Program-made: the position numbers and the translations under genes
Part shown: in pieces, positions 25,379 to 39,199 of the stretch
How positions within the stretch are numbered: the stretch's first letter is position 1
How the letters are laid out: every line of letters begins with the position of its first letter
Notes under the pieces: model-generated
What the model was told of the DNA's origin: nothing
Seen by the model: only the letters and a program-made list of their open reading frames with translations
Database searches by the model: none
Assembly: GCF_006345805.1 (NCBI RefSeq)
Contig: NC_043019.1
Coordinates: 9,547,360-9,611,359, forward strand
Source of the DNA: Octopus sinensis
Lineage: Eukaryota
Length of the DNA stretch: 64,000 nt
Direction: 5' to 3'

Positions 25379-26009
25379 AGTAGCTATAGCAACAGCAGTC
25401 GTAACAAGCATGAACAAATGAACAACAAATACTGCTTAAAACATTGTCTCATCTCCTACATCTCGTCTCCTTGTACCGTCCCAATTAATTTGGATAGTAT
25501 GCAAAGAAAATTGGGGTGTCTTGTTATTTAAAACCAAAATCCTCAGATAAGCATACTCAGGTGCTAAAATCGCTAAAAGTAAGCAAAAGCTATAAAGAAG
25601 ACTTAGCAAAAAACCCTTAAAAAAAAAGGAGAAACTCTATTTAGATTTTGCATTTAGAGTTAGGGAACAGATAAATATAGAATGATTGTTGGGGATAGAA
25701 AATACTACTGGTTTATGAGACGACTGGGGTTAGATGTTGAAGCAGGTTTAGGGTCAGGGAAAGAAGCTAGGTGTTTAACATAGATGGTAATGTACCCAGT
25801 ATGCACACGTATTGTACAGTTTTCATACATATGCCAGATTCTGTGTGTGTGTGTGTGTTGTGTGTTTCTTTGAGCATCATTTAGATGTTTTTCTCCTTCT
25901 AGGTGACATGTGAGGTTTTTTTTCTCAAAGTTGTAAATCAGTTAGGGGTCTTGGTATTTATTGTTTGTTGGTTTAAGTGTGTATGTGTGTTTGTGTTGGA
26001 ACTGAACAT

Positions 26010-26049
<40 letters not shown>

Positions 26050-26864
26050 TGACAACAAATATTTACTGCCCAAATTTTTAATATATGTAATACACACACA
26101 GGTATTTAATAAATGCAGATATACATGCATATATAAAATGTATATACATATATACACACGCACACACACACACATTTAAAAGTAAAAAATGAGAAAATAA
26201 TATTCATATTTGTTGAAAATGTCTCAAAAATCAGATAAACCTTTTCATTAATTCACTTAATCCCATCTTATCTTCTCCATTTCTTTCTGCATACATGTAT
26301 GTGTGTGTTTGGGGGAAGAAACCTGTCGTCACTGAGTGTAAGCCAGATATTAATTATAAGATTAGCCTCTGCCAAGGATCTGAGTAATTAGCTTATTAAC
26401 ATAATCCTATCCAATATTACTTTATCCTACTTACTGCTGTTGAAAAAATTGGTTAATTAATGTCACTGTGTGTGTGCGTGTGTGCGCGCACACATAAATA
26501 TGCACACATACATCTCTATATTTATCTACACATGTGATATATTTATATAAATGAATGTACCTATCTAAAGGCTAGATATATGCATATATGAATATGTATA
26601 TATAGATACATAAGCACAAACGCCTTCATTTGAAAGTAGGCGCGGCTGAGTGGTTAAGGAGTTTAGTTTGCAATCATGAAGTATCCAAATCATGAGCAAG
26701 CTTCATTTTCAGCCAAGACTTATCAGTGAAACTGAGTGGGCTGTAACTATAGGAGCCTGTAAGATGGATTGCGTCTGAAATCTTAACAGCCAACTTTGTT
26801 ACACATGGTCGCATTGATTAAACATGTGTGTCTGTGTCTGTACGTATGTATATATGTATATATA

Positions 26865-26900
<36 letters not shown>

Positions 26901-26902
<2 letters not shown>

Positions 26903-27990
26903 TCATCATCATCATCGTTTAACGTCCGTTTTCTGTGCTAGCACAGGTTGGACGGTTCGACCGGGGTCTGGGAAGCCAGGGCCTGCACCAGGCTCCAGTC
27001 TGATCTGGCAGTGTTTCTACAGCTGGATGCCCTTCCTAACGCCAACCACTCCGTGAGTGTAGTGGGTGCTTTTTACATGCCACCGGCACAGGTGCCAGGG
27101 GAGTCTGGCATCGGCCACGATTGGTTGGTGCTTTTAACATGCCACCGGCACGGAAGCCAGTCAAGGCGGCGCTGGAATCGGCCACGTTCGGATGGTGCTT
27201 TTTATGTGCCACCAGCACAGAAGCCAGTCAAGGCGGCGCTGGCATTGGCCACGTTCAGATGGTGCTTTTTATGTGCCACCGGCACAGGTATCACAACTAC
27301 TATTTCCATTGATATTTATTTCGATGTTCATGTACTTGACTCAATAGGTCTCCTCAAGCACAGCGGGATGTTCTGGAATCCAAGGTACTTTGAATGGGCA
27401 GGGGCTATGCGGGACCGGTGCAGGAAGCAGCCCGGGTCTTTGCAGTCACAGCATATCTCCAGAGATCTTGGTCTTTCGTCATTGCCTCTGTGGGGCCCAA
27501 CGCTCTGAGGTCATGCTTGACTACCTCATCCCATGTCTTCCTGGGTCTACCTCTCCCCCTGATACCTTCAACTGTTTGGGAGTGGCACTTCTTCACACAT
27601 CTCTCCTCATCCATCCACAGTACATCCTGATGGGCTGGGAGCATTACCTGGTTTCATACCCTTAATTGCCTTAACTACAAGGGAGCTGTCTATTCGTATA
27701 GCTAGTCCCTCTACTGGGTCAACATTTGGCAGGCTCTCCTCCTCCCATTCATTCTCCACATTCAGCAGTCTTTCATAATGGCTTCTCCAAGCCTCTTTCT
27801 TTTCACCATCATTAAAAGCAAGTGCCCCATCATCCATGCGGACACATTTCTCTCCTGTAACATCACTATTTTCTCTCACACACTGTCTAGCAATCCGAAA
27901 TACCTCAGTTCTTTGGTCCTGCTACATCTTTGGCTATGTATACCTGCCGCCCAGTCTCCCTTTTGGCTACCTGGTAAAGTTCCCTGCTAC
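26901..27990 (-). mobile_element. RTE LINE remnant with internal deletion and GC-rich tandem 3'UTR (type A)
   Basis: ORF 27607-27879 (EKCVR.DDGALAFND.EKKEAWRSHYERLLNVENEW) fused to ORF 27405-27644 (GRGRPRKTWDEVVKHDL). About 3.5 sub-repeats of ~65 bp at 27068-27290, then the (GAT)n tail. Confidence 0.9.
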
Positions 27991-28034
27991 CCCCAACCTT
28001 CCAGGTTTTCCATACATATATATATATATATATC

Positions 28035-28350
28035 CTTTACCCTTGTAACAGTTTATTATGATGCTGCTACACCAGTCATTGGGTATGATACTTTCCTGTA
28101 CAACCTGATTAACTATTTATAAATGATTAAGCCTTATCCTTCTTTGCCTGGTATTTTAAGAATACCAGTGGTAATTTCTGTTGGACCAGGAGCTTCTCCT
28201 GACATCATAACCTTAATTCCTTTATCTCTCATTCTGCTATGAACTAAACTGTTTTGTCCCTGCATTGTGTTCACACTAGGAAGCTCCTCTCCCAGTCATT
28301 CTCCATATTTAGTAATAGCCCTGTGATGCCTCCACTATTATTTGCTTCAA
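28035..28350 (-). mobile_element. Older RTE RT N-terminal fragment
   Basis: Degenerate similarity to 27700-27800 and 30640-30920 (LLNMENDWE; aaactgttacaagggtaaagg, i.e. NCYKGKG). Confidence 0.55.
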
Positions 28351-29147
28351 GTTCCATCATTCCAAAGAAATTTTATCATCATCATCATCATCATACATCC
28401 ACTTTTCCAAATACTTTGCCTGGGACAATTAGAATTTGCTGAGGTGGGTTTTGTACAGCAAGATGTGCTTTCCATTGCAAACTCTTACTTGTCTCTTGAT
28501 ATTTCCCAAGATGATTGTAAATGAATTGCATTGTTTGTATGATGGCCATGTTTGTTTAAAACTATTACATGAGGGAAAGACAAAGGTACACACACACACA
28601 CAGGTAGTATAACCTCAAGTCAACCTAAATTTTAGATGAAAATTGTATAGAAGACTGTTGGTTGGATTGTAGCTGTAATTCAAAAGGATACAAACTTGTC
28701 ACACACTGTGTTATTCATCTTGAGAATTTCAAGAATGGTACACATCTCTGAAATTCTCAATCACTTACACATTAATACATGAAGTGGTAAATCAGTTGGG
28801 ACAAAGGAATCCTCATCATCAAACAACAGAGAATCATTATATCTATATATAGATGTGTGTGTGTCTCTGTGTGTGTGTGTACACATACATATATGTGTAT
28901 GTGTTTATATATATATATATGTATGTATATATACAACAGTAAATTTGGTCTCTTCAGACAAAGGGAAAAAATGACAGTATTGTAACAATTCTGTCTGAAA
29001 TTGCCACAATATGATGTTTAGCATGTGACACACACAACAGTTATTTTGTCAATGTCAAAGAGACTTGTTTTATTGCAAAAAGTCATTTTGTTTCAATGCA
29101 AAGTATGGAGCTGTCTTTGTGTGGACTTGTATATCTATATATTCATT

Positions 29148-29200
<53 letters not shown>

Positions 29201-29201
<1 letters not shown>

Positions 29202-32200
29202 ATCATCATCATCATCAACCTTCACTTTTCCATGCTTACATAAGTCAGACGAAATTTTCTTCATATTGTCAGAGATCCCAGTTTTTGTCATCTCCTATCA
29301 AGCTCAGGGTCCTGAGGTCAGCCTTAACCACATCCTCCCAAGTCTTCTTGGGTCACCCTCTTCTGCAAGTTCTGGCCATACTTAACAATCAGTGCTTCTT
29401 CATACAACTGTCTTTATCCATATTCATCATGTGTATATACCCACACACTCTTCTTTCTTGCACACAATAACTGATTCCAATGCCCAGTTTTTCACTCAGC
29501 ATTTTTCTTCCAATTCCTTCATGCACACATTGCACTCCCAACAAAGCATGCTCACTTCATTCTTTCCAGTCTTCTCATATCCTCTGCATTCAAGGCCCAT
29601 GTCTCATTACCATGCAGCATTGCAATTCTAACATAAAGGCCATACAATCTGCCCTTCACCCTTAGACAAAAGTTCTTTGTTGTTAGCAGTGGTAGCAGCC
29701 TCTTGAACTTTCTCCAACCAGTTCTCACGGCCACAATACTTTCAGGGCAACCACCTCCCTTGCTAAAGTACATCTCCTAAGTAACAAAAGCTATCAACTA
29801 CTGCTAGTGTTCTGTCTGGGCATTTAAGAGACTCAATTTCCAGTGTGTGTGTAAGAATGGCTCCAGTGTACCTACAGTACATGAAGTTTACATTCTCTTA
29901 TAATCTACCAGTGATTCCACCACATCTTTTGTGTGTACATAGCTTACATTGAGTACAGCATATTGAGTTTATACGTACTCCTTTTCTGCACATTGAACAA
30001 AGCCATTTTCCCCGAAGGTGTTAGAGTCCTATCTTCTTTCCTGTTTACTAAAATCTTTGTCTTTGCTAGGCTTACTTTAAGGTCTCTTAATTGCAGGTTT
30101 AGCTTCCATGCCCGGAATTTCTTCTTTGACTCTCCTATTGATTCAGTTATGAGAACTTGGTCATCAGCACATAAGAATTTCCATGGACAGCCATTCTTAA
30201 ACTCCTCTCTGTTGGCTTGTAGGACTACGATGTATTCGAGAGGATTGAGGAGTGAAACTTGATGTTAAATTTATCACTAAATTCATTGCCAGCTTTCACT
30301 TGCTGCATCCTTGTATGTAACCTGAACTGCCCACACAAGCTACTCATCTACTTCTTATTTTCTCGATGCCCACAGGATTACTGAACACAATACTCTGTTA
30401 AATGCGTTCGCCAAATCAATGAAAGCTAGATACAGCAGTTTATTCTCAGCCAGGTATTTCTCTTGTAGTTGTCTCACTAGGAAGATTGCACTTGTGGTGC
30501 TTATTCTGGAAATAAAGTTAAACTGCATCTCATCTAGATCTACTTTATAATGGATCAACTGGGCAATGTCTTTCTCCATGACCTTCATAACTTGATCTAG
30601 AAGTTCATTTTCCTATAGTTACTTCTCTCTACGGCAACACTTTACCCTTGTAGCAGGTTATGATGATACTGATACACCAGTCGTTAGGCATGACACCCTC
30701 ATGAATGACTTGATTAACAACCTGGATTGTAGTCTTGTATCCAACTTCCCCAGACTTTAAGTATCTCTGCAACTATTGTCAGTGGACCCACAGCTTCCAC
30801 TTCTTCATATCTTTGATTGCTTTATGATTTCTTCTTTAAATCACCGGTCCCTTTATTGGGTCAGCATGTGTAATCCCTACTTATCCCATGCATTCTTCAT
30901 ATTCAACAACCTTTCATAATAACACTTCCATGCCTGTTTCTTTTGTTCCATACCAATGGTGAGCTTGCTGTCATCATTCCAAACACTTTTCACCAATGCC
31001 ATCTTGGTTCTCTCTTGCACATTGTCTCACAATCCTGACCACTCCCTGCCTTTAATCCTCACATTGCAGGACATGTGCAAATCTCTTCTTTTCTGCCTCA
31101 CCTTTAACAAAGTACCCATCATTTCAGTCTTTCCAAACCAGTCTCTTTATCATCAACTTTATCATCCACCATCATGTTACTTTTTGCTTGGCTGGGACTT
31201 TGTTCCAGATCTGCATTAACTCATAGAAATTCCCAGTTACCATCTTTGTTACTGGTATCTAAACATTCACCCCTACAGTCATGAGCATCGGAATTTCTCT
31301 ACACCTATTTCTGATTGCTGGATCCTTTGATTTCCAAACTTTCCTTCTCAATATTGTTACCCTTGTCTGTGTCTGCCTAGCTCTGATACAGAAATCCCTC
31401 ATGTTGCAAAGTATATTTTTCCCCAAGAAAGATTGTCATATTCATAAAGATCCTTCTGTCCCATTTCCTGGCAAGAATGTAATCTGACTTATGAATTTGC
31501 CAGATTGGTAGGTTATGAAGTGAAGGGATGGTTTCTTAAAGAGTGTCTTGCAAATTCTTAGATCAATTGCATCACAAAACTCCAGAAGCCTTACACCCAC
31601 TTCATTTCTTGAGCCATAGACATCTACGTCATGAACGTTATCAATGTATTGACTTGACCAACATGTCCATTGAAGTCACCATCTTTGATAATGAGGTCCC
31701 TGTCACTCATCGCTGAGATAGTCTGCAAAAGGGTCTCATAGAAGCAGTCTTTCTGTTCTTCTGGTAGTCCTACCTGAGAGGTGTATGCCAAGATAAATGC
31801 TGCTGTTGTGTTGCCAATAATTGATATTAATTTAATTATCATACCCTTGGAGTCAGGAAGGGCATCCAGCCATAGAAACCATGCCACAACAGACAATTGT
31901 CCTGTCAAACCATCTAGTCCATACCAGCATAGGAAATGGACGTTAAACGATGATGGTGATGATGATAATGATACCCTGACTACCTCTATTACTTTATTTG
32001 TCAATCTCTCAGCTAACAGTATACCTACCCAACCTCTCCATTACCATCACTGACTCTGAAAAGTTTAAACTGCTGTCTCCTACTCACGAGGAGTTTTGTT
32101 GCAGATCCCTTCCATCTTGTCTCTGCTCCAACATCTCTGCAATCTCAATCTCATTAGACCTTCTTTTCATTGTGTCTACATTTAAAGTTGCTATCTTAAT

Positions 32201-32290
32201 GTTTTGGAATCTACAGAAGAAAGGGGCCTGGCTTCTGTTGCAGGGTTTCTTGGTTCTTCACTGTTCACAATCTACCTGTGAGGAATAAGA
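29201..32290 (-). mobile_element. Near full-length decayed RTE LINE (APE endonuclease + RT, ~3 kb)
   Basis: In order on the minus strand: IATLNVDTMKRRSNEI (APE N-terminus, ~32190), AYTSQVGLPEEQKDCFYETL...GDFNGHVG (31624-31830), LDEMQF..STTSAIFLVRQLQEKY (30355-30588), RTGWRKFKRLLPLL (29552-29773), then the (GAT)n tail at 29201. Confidence 0.9.
31848..31970 (+). mobile_element. Short (GAT)n-tailed retroposon inserted into the RTE APE domain, with 7-bp TSD
   Basis: ATACCCT at 31841-31847 and 31971-31977 flanks ggagtcaggaagggcatccagcc...ggacgttaaacgatgatg. Confidence 0.8.
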
Positions 32291-33174
32291 GAAGTTATGC
32301 CACACTTGACTTGTAAATGGTCAACTAACAAGCATGATTAATTTTCCATTTCATTAGAATTGCTATCATTCATTCATTTATTTAACCTGACATTTGTTGT
32401 ACATGCTATATCAGGTGCCGTTCAAATTAATCCTGGTCGTCAACAAATAAATCAGAAAAGAGAAGTGAAGTAAAATAAATCGATAGAATAGGTTCTCAAA
32501 CACCTTAATGCTTTGCTGTAACTGTCACTGACAGGGACATAGTGTCGGGGTAGCTGTACCCATATAAGGGGCGAAAATCTGAATAGCACCATAGGGAATG
32601 GAGGTAAGCTCACTACTAACTGAGGACAAGAAATGAAGGAGAGAGACTTCCGGTATAGCTGGTGGGGCAGGGATGATTAAGGGTGGGTACATCACAACGA
32701 AACAGGCTATGTATCTCATGAGGATGAACAGAATACAGTCTTAAGGGAGAAAATTAAACAAGCAAACAAATCATGAAGGAAAGAAAGAGAAAAACTAATC
32801 ATTTCATTAAAGTGGAAGGAGGAGTTTTCATCTTTACAAAAACAAATTGTGAGGAGGTGGGAGGTGATAAGAGCTAAATGTTGCTAGGAAAAAGAAAGTG
32901 AGGAATAAGAAAGATTGCCTATGGAGAGTTTGAAACAATATGACTAATAATAAAACTATTGTCAGATTGTCAGGTGAATGAACAAAAGAATGAATATATA
33001 TAAATACATTTATACAGGAATATATATATAGACATAAATATATGCATATATAATTGTACACATACACATGTATATATAAAAGCATATGTATGCATGTGTG
33101 TGTGCGTGTATATATATATATATAATTATGTATGTATATATGTGCATATGTATGCTTGTTTATGTGTGTATGTG

Positions 33175-33219
<45 letters not shown>

Positions 33220-33225
<6 letters not shown>

Positions 33226-33440
33226 CAAATTTACAAAAGACAAAGACAGAGAACAACAAGCAGGTGTATTGGTTTAATGCTTGGGAATATATATATATAG
33301 TGAGAATTTACAGAAAAACAAAATATGAAGACAGGTGTATTAGTTTAATGCTTAGGAAGTGAGAAAGTCTTTTACATTTCGAGCCTATGCACTTCAACAG
33401 AAAGGAACACAAATATAAACAGGGAGAGAAAACAGAAAAT
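33220..33440 (-). mobile_element. Second copy of the 18.2-kb family, with a duplicated 3' end and minimal hammerhead-like motif (33369-33404)
   Basis: Minus strand CTTT-CTGTTGA-A-GTGC-ATAG-GCTC-GAAAT-GTA-AAAG. aatttaca...caggtgtatt-gtttaatgctt-ggaa occurs twice, each abutting (TA)n. Confidence 0.55.
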
Positions 33441-33453
33441 AGAAATATATATG

Positions 33454-33514
<61 letters not shown>

Positions 33515-34034
33515 TTGAGTTGATTAAAATGTTTGTTCAGTTTTTTAAGTGAAAATAGGACACATGTTTTAAACACAAAAGGATTCATTCAATCAATGAA
33601 ATATTTACCATTTCATACCGTTGTTACTAATACCATTTTGCTACTTATAATTTCATGAAATTTTATTACAAAATATATTAAACAGAATTATCATCATCAT
33701 CATTTAACATCCAGCATAGAAAACGAACATTAAATGATGATAATGATGATGATCCTACATACTAATATGGTATAAAATGCCAAACCCATCAAACCTATTC
33801 TTTAAAAATAACTCTTGCCTCTGAAATCCTTCTTCACTTCTTATTATCAAGAACTGATTTTTTACCTTTCACAACACCACTTTCCGCCACAAGCAGTCTC
33901 CACCAAAAATGTTTTCTTCTTCATGGTTGTAAGGTAGCCACACAATTTTGTAACAGTGTTATTTCTACACACAGAATAAAATGGTACTTTGACCCACAAA
34001 TGTTGTCCTGTTGTTCATGAAACACTAGGGTTGA

Positions 34035-34132
34035 CTTATATATGGGTCTTTGGAAAATTTCCAGTTTTTTGCCCAAAAATTGGGGGTTCAACTTTTACAT
34101 GAGATTGACTATTACTCGAGTGTATACAGTAT
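34035..34132. mobile_element. Possible pogo/Tigger-like DNA transposon terminus
   Basis: gacttattactcgagtgtatacag-TA resembles the cttatactcgagtatatacgg-TA end of pogo-like TIRs, from recall. No partner TIR was found. Confidence 0.35.
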
Positions 34133-34534
34133 ATTACATGGATAAATATTTCTTTACCAATGTTATTTGATGGGGGTATGTAAGTTGCAAGAATGAATTG
34201 CACTTTTATGAATTCTTTTTAATCTCAAGATGTCAAATGATGACTCAGAATTCAGCAACAATACTACTAATAAATAATACTTAAAAATGTGGTTTGAATA
34301 ATGAAACAAGGGTCAATAAAATTGGTATAAATATTTCCAGTAATGAAACAAGGAGAAAAAAAAGAAAACAATGTGGGACTGGAAAAAGTCAATAACATTC
34401 AGAGATCAATCTCTTATATAATTTATCAGGTGTTTGTTTCATTATATTTAATAAAAATTTATTTTAAAATTTGTCACTCAATTCAAAGTAGACAAAGTTA
34501 ATTTAACACTAATATTCTTTCACAATAAATACAG

Positions 34535-34818
34535 ATTTGATGACAATGACCTATCCCATTGATAATGACCTATCACAAGTGCTCAGAAACAAAAAAATCT
34601 TTGTTACCAACAATTTGTTTAAAATGGAGAAAGTCTGTGCAGAGCCAACTACATTTTCACTTCCTAATTGCATAACATTAATTGGGCCACAGCTGAATGA
34701 CATGCTTGCCACAAAAGAATACATATTAAAGGATGGCACAGCTGCAGAAGCTGAACAGATTGATGCTGATTTCTCTTTCTGTCAGAGTCCACATCATATC
34801 GAAATTTCCTCTTGCTGA
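34535..34818 (+). CDS. Candidate terminal coding exon of an unidentified gene
   Basis: Branch-like ACTAAT (34508-34513) and TACAG| acceptor at 34534. A 94-codon non-repetitive open frame follows: (D)LMTMTYPIDNDLSQVLRNKKIFVTNN...QSPHHIEISSC*. No family recognised, and no AATAAA was seen in the next 200 nt. Confidence 0.4.
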
Positions 34819-35110
34819 AGCTTGTCTTATAAAATCAAATATATGACTAACTGAATCACAGTTACAAACCAGAATATATAAAATAACATGTAGTATAAAG
34901 GTAGCATTATACATGTTACTTCAGACTAACTGCCGTGATTGAGGTTTTTGGCATTCTTTTCACCCAAAGTGATCTTACAAAGCACTACTCACACCATATC
35001 AAGTATTTCGCTTTATCTGTGCTTTAGATTTATATGTATATGTGTGTGTCCCCGTGTGTACATATATTTATAGGAATATGTATGTATATGACTATGTGCA
35101 GACACATAAG

Positions 35111-35146
<36 letters not shown>

Positions 35147-35147
<1 letters not shown>

Positions 35148-35265
35148 AGCCAGGGGCTGTCGCAGGCCCCAGGATCAGACTGGAGCCTGGGGCAGCCCCT
35201 GGCTCCCCAGACCCTGGTCGAATCGTCCAACCCGTGCTAGCGCGGAAAACGGACGTTAAACGCTG
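35147..35265 (+). mobile_element. Young (GAT)n-tailed retroposon end (CpG-rich)
   Basis: cgtccaacccgtgctagcgcggaaaacggacgttaaacg-(GAT)n. Tail-to-tail with the minus copy starting at 35293. Confidence 0.85.
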
Positions 35266-35292
35266 ATGATGATGATGATGATATATGTATAT

Positions 35293-36290
35293 ATCATCAT
35301 CATCATTTAATGTCTGTTTTCCATGCTGGCATAAAGTTGGACGGTTTGAAAGGAGTTGGTTAGCAAAGAGCTGCCTGGACTCCATGTCTCTGTTCGCATG
35401 GTTTCTATGGCTGGATTTCCTTCCTAATGCCAGCCACTTTACAGAGTGCACTAGGTGCTTTTATGCAGCACCAGCATGGGCGCTTCTACGTGGCACCATC
35501 ACAGGTGCTCTTTACATCGAACCAACACCCAGGATCACTCACCTGAAGAGGTATGTATGCTAGGATAATCACGATTTTACTTAGCTTCATGTGTTTTCTC
35601 AAGCACAGCAAACTGCTAGAGGTTTCAGTCCTTTGTCATCCCCTTTGTGAGGCCCAATGTTTGAAGATCCTTTCTCTTGACTTCATCCTATGTCTTCCTG
35701 GGGTCTACCCTTTTCACATGTTCCCAGTACAAGTAGAGTTCAGCACCTCTTGATGCAACTGTCCTCGTCCATATGCATTACATAACCAGACCAGTACAGT
35801 GTTCTCTCTTGCACGATACATTTGATGCCCTATATACCCATTTTTTCTCTCAAATCACTTACGCTCTGTCATATATACACACTGACATTAGCCATTCAGT
35901 GGAACATGCTGGTTTAATTTCTTTGAAGCCTTCACATGTTCTCAATAGTCACAGACCAAGTCTCACTGCCTTGTAGCATAGCTGTTTGTACACAGGCATC
36001 ATACAATCTGCCTTTCACTCTAAGGGAGATGCCCTTTGTTACCAACAAAAGTAGCAGTCTCTGAATTTTGCACAGCCTATTCTTTTTGTAAAAGCTATGC
36101 TTTCAGAACAACCTCCACCACTGCTAACTTGCTCATTAAGGAACAGAAACTGTATGCTACTTCTAAGGAACGCCACCAGACATTTGAAGGAGCCTATTTT
36201 CTGTACATTCCTAGTGTTTCATGTACATCTGCACATCTGACATATACAAAGATTAGTTCCTCTGTCAATCTTCCAGTGACACTGCTGCAC
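35293..36290 (-). mobile_element. RTE LINE 3' fragment with (GAT)n tail
   Basis: Antisense similarity to 36590-37100 (cctttgttaccaacaaaagtagcag; cttcatcctatgtcttcctggggtctacc). Confidence 0.8.
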
Positions 36291-36298
36291 TCTTTAAT

Positions 36299-36350
<52 letters not shown>

Positions 36351-36584
36351 TTCCTCAAGCAATTAATCAATTAAAGGAGTTGTTTGAAATGGCCGTAATG
36401 AATTGACACTTATACATCTTTGTTACTCATTTATATTTTACTCACCTACCTTGGAATCTGTACTTTGAAAGCATTTGGAAAGTATCTTTATATAAAGTAC
36501 ATGTCTGAACAAACAAAAGTGGATTTATTTACTAAGTTAGATCATGTCATCTGCATACACTACATGAACATCAGGGGAAAAAAT

Positions 36585-37788
36585 ATTGTCTGTAGAATAA
36601 GAATAGCTTGGGCGAAGTTCAGAGAGCTCTTACCTCTGCTGGCGACAAAGGGCCTCTTGCTCAGAGTAAAAGTTAGACTGTATGACACTTGTGTACGAAC
36701 AGCCATGCTACATGGCAGTGAAACATGGGCTGTCACTGCTGAGGACATGTGTAAGTTCACAAGGAATGAAGCCAGTATGATCCGATGGAAGTGTAATGTC
36801 AGTGTGCATACTCGACAGAGTGTAGGTACCTTGAGAGAAATGTTGGACCGAAGAAGCATCAGATGTGGTATGCAAGAGAGACGACTGTGCTGGTATGGTC
36901 ATGTAGCAAGAATGGATGAGGACAGCTGTGTGAAAAAGTGCCACACCCAAGCGGTTGAGGGAACCTGTGGAAGAGGTAGACCCAGGAAGACCTGGGATGA
37001 AGTGGTGAAGCAAGACATTCGAACATTAGGCCTCACTGAGGCAATGACTAATGACTGAGACCTTTGGAAATATGCTGTGCTTGAGAAGACCCGGCAAGCC
37101 AAGTGAGACTATAACCTGTGGCCTATACCAGGGGTGTAACCAGCCCACTTATGCGTACCTTTTCCTTCTTTGGACACTAAAACTCTGCTTGTGAAGACCT
37201 GTTGAGGCAAGTGAAATCAATCAAAAGCAAAATCGAAATGAAAATCAAATTCGATGATTGGCATCCGTGCTAGCATGGGGCAAAGAGCACCATACAAGTG
37301 TGATCATTGACAGAGTGGCTAACCGGCTCCCGTGCCAGTGGCACTTAAAGGGCACCATTTGAGCGTGATCATTACCAGCGTCGCCTTACTGGCACTTGTG
37401 CCTGTGCTAGTAGGGTGCCAAGAGCACCATCTGAGCGTGATCGTTGCCAGAGCAGCCAACTGGCTTCTGTGCCAGTGGCATGTAAAAGGGCACCATTTGA
37501 GCGTGATCGTTACCAACGTTGCCTTACTGGCACCTGTGCTGGTGGCATGTGTAAAAGGATTCGAGTGAGATCATTGCCAGTACCACCTGACTGGCCTCCG
37601 TGCCGGTGGCATGTAAAAAGCACCCACTAGACTCTCGGAGTGGTTGGCATTAGGAAGGGCATCCAGCTGTAGAAACTCTGCCAAATCAAGATTGGAGCCT
37701 GGTGCAGCCATCTGGTTCGCCAGCCCTCAGTCAAAATCGTCCAACCCATGCAAGCATGGAAAGCGGACGTTAAACGAGGATGATGATG
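36585..37788 (+). mobile_element. RTE LINE 3' end (open ~157 codons) with type A 3'UTR
   Basis: The C-terminal part of ORF 36420-37058 is RIAWAKFRELLPLL...LHGSETW...WYGHVARM...GRGRPRKTWDEVVKQD. GC-rich sub-repeats at 37320-37620, then the (GAT)n tail. Confidence 0.92.
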
Positions 37789-39199
37789 TGCAAATAAGTT
37801 GGTTCTAACAAAGTGCCTCAATTTAGGTACCTAATTCACTTGAATCTAAATTATATTTTTACATATATATATGTGTGTGTGTATTTATATATGTATAGAC
37901 ACACACACACATAAAAATGCATATGTATATATATGTAGATATAGATATGTACTTATATATGTGTAGATATGTATATGCAGATATATATGTAAATGCGTGA
38001 GTGTGCATGAGGAAACAGCTTTTTCTAACTCTTTTCAAGTTTGGAGATGGGTCAACGTAATCCTCCACACACACCAACATAACATTAAAGCCTCTCTTTG
38101 CTAGGACCTGGTTAAAGATTTCTCTCTCCACTGATAGATTGGAGATTCTCCTGTTGTTCAAGATTTCAATGTTGTGATTGTTTATTTTCAGAATGACATT
38201 GTAAAATAGATGTGAGAAGTCAGATACAGCTAGTCTGAACATAAAACAGGTAGAATATCTGCATTGGATATAGTCAAGTCTAAATGTTAAAGGGTTCAAC
38301 TTTTTGTATGTCTGTGTGTTCATTTGGCACACCAATCTGGCTGTGTTTCTACATCCAAGTATTCCTGTCACTGTGTGTAATTTTTTTCTCATACTCAAAT
38401 CTATATGTACATATGTATTTGTGTGTGCGTGTGTGCATGTGCATGGTGCATATGTGTGAGTGCATATCTGTGTGCATTTGCATGTATTTAGGTGTGCCAA
38501 GGTGCATATATTTTACAAACACATATATATCACTATATTTTGTTTGTGCAAGCATATTGTTGGTGTTATGATTATTGTAGCCATTGTGATTGTAGTTAGT
38601 GCTGCAGTTACTTTTTTATTAGTTGATGGTGTAGTTGTTGCTGCTGGTTGTTGTTGCTGTCGTATTATCTGCTGCTGCTGCTGTAGTTGTTGTTTCAGTG
38701 CAGCACCAATTCACACTTACTCATTGCAGAAATATGACATTCCTAACTCCACCACCACCACCACCACCACCAGAGGCAGTGTCCATTATTGATTTGATAT
38801 TGGATGCACTCCACTGAGCTGTGCAAACATGACACGGCTATCTACCACAGCAAAGAGACAGAATGAGATAGCGGTGGTCATGTGGGTGTGTTTTGCAGTA
38901 TGGTTGCGTACGTGCATGTGTGTGTGTGTCTGGAGGCTGTTTGTACTTGAATATTATTTGGTATGTACAAGTGTATTTGTACATTTATGTATATATATGT
39001 GTGTGTATATGCCTGTAAGTGTGTGGCAAGTTCTTTTTTATAATGTGTGTCATGAATGCATATTCAGTATGCATGCCGATGTTTTTGATGTGTTTGTTTA
39101 TGGGGACGATTTGTATGTGTTAGTGTGTGTGTGTGTGTGTGTGTGATCTCTTTTCTATAAAGAATCAGTTTTGCAAGGATAATAGCCTGTCATGGAAAC

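Noticed and set aside
32520-32720. GC-richer block upstream of the long RTE as an HDV-like 5' ribozyme
   Set aside because: I could not build the nested double pseudoknot by eye, and it lies >200 bp beyond the recognisable RTE 5' region.
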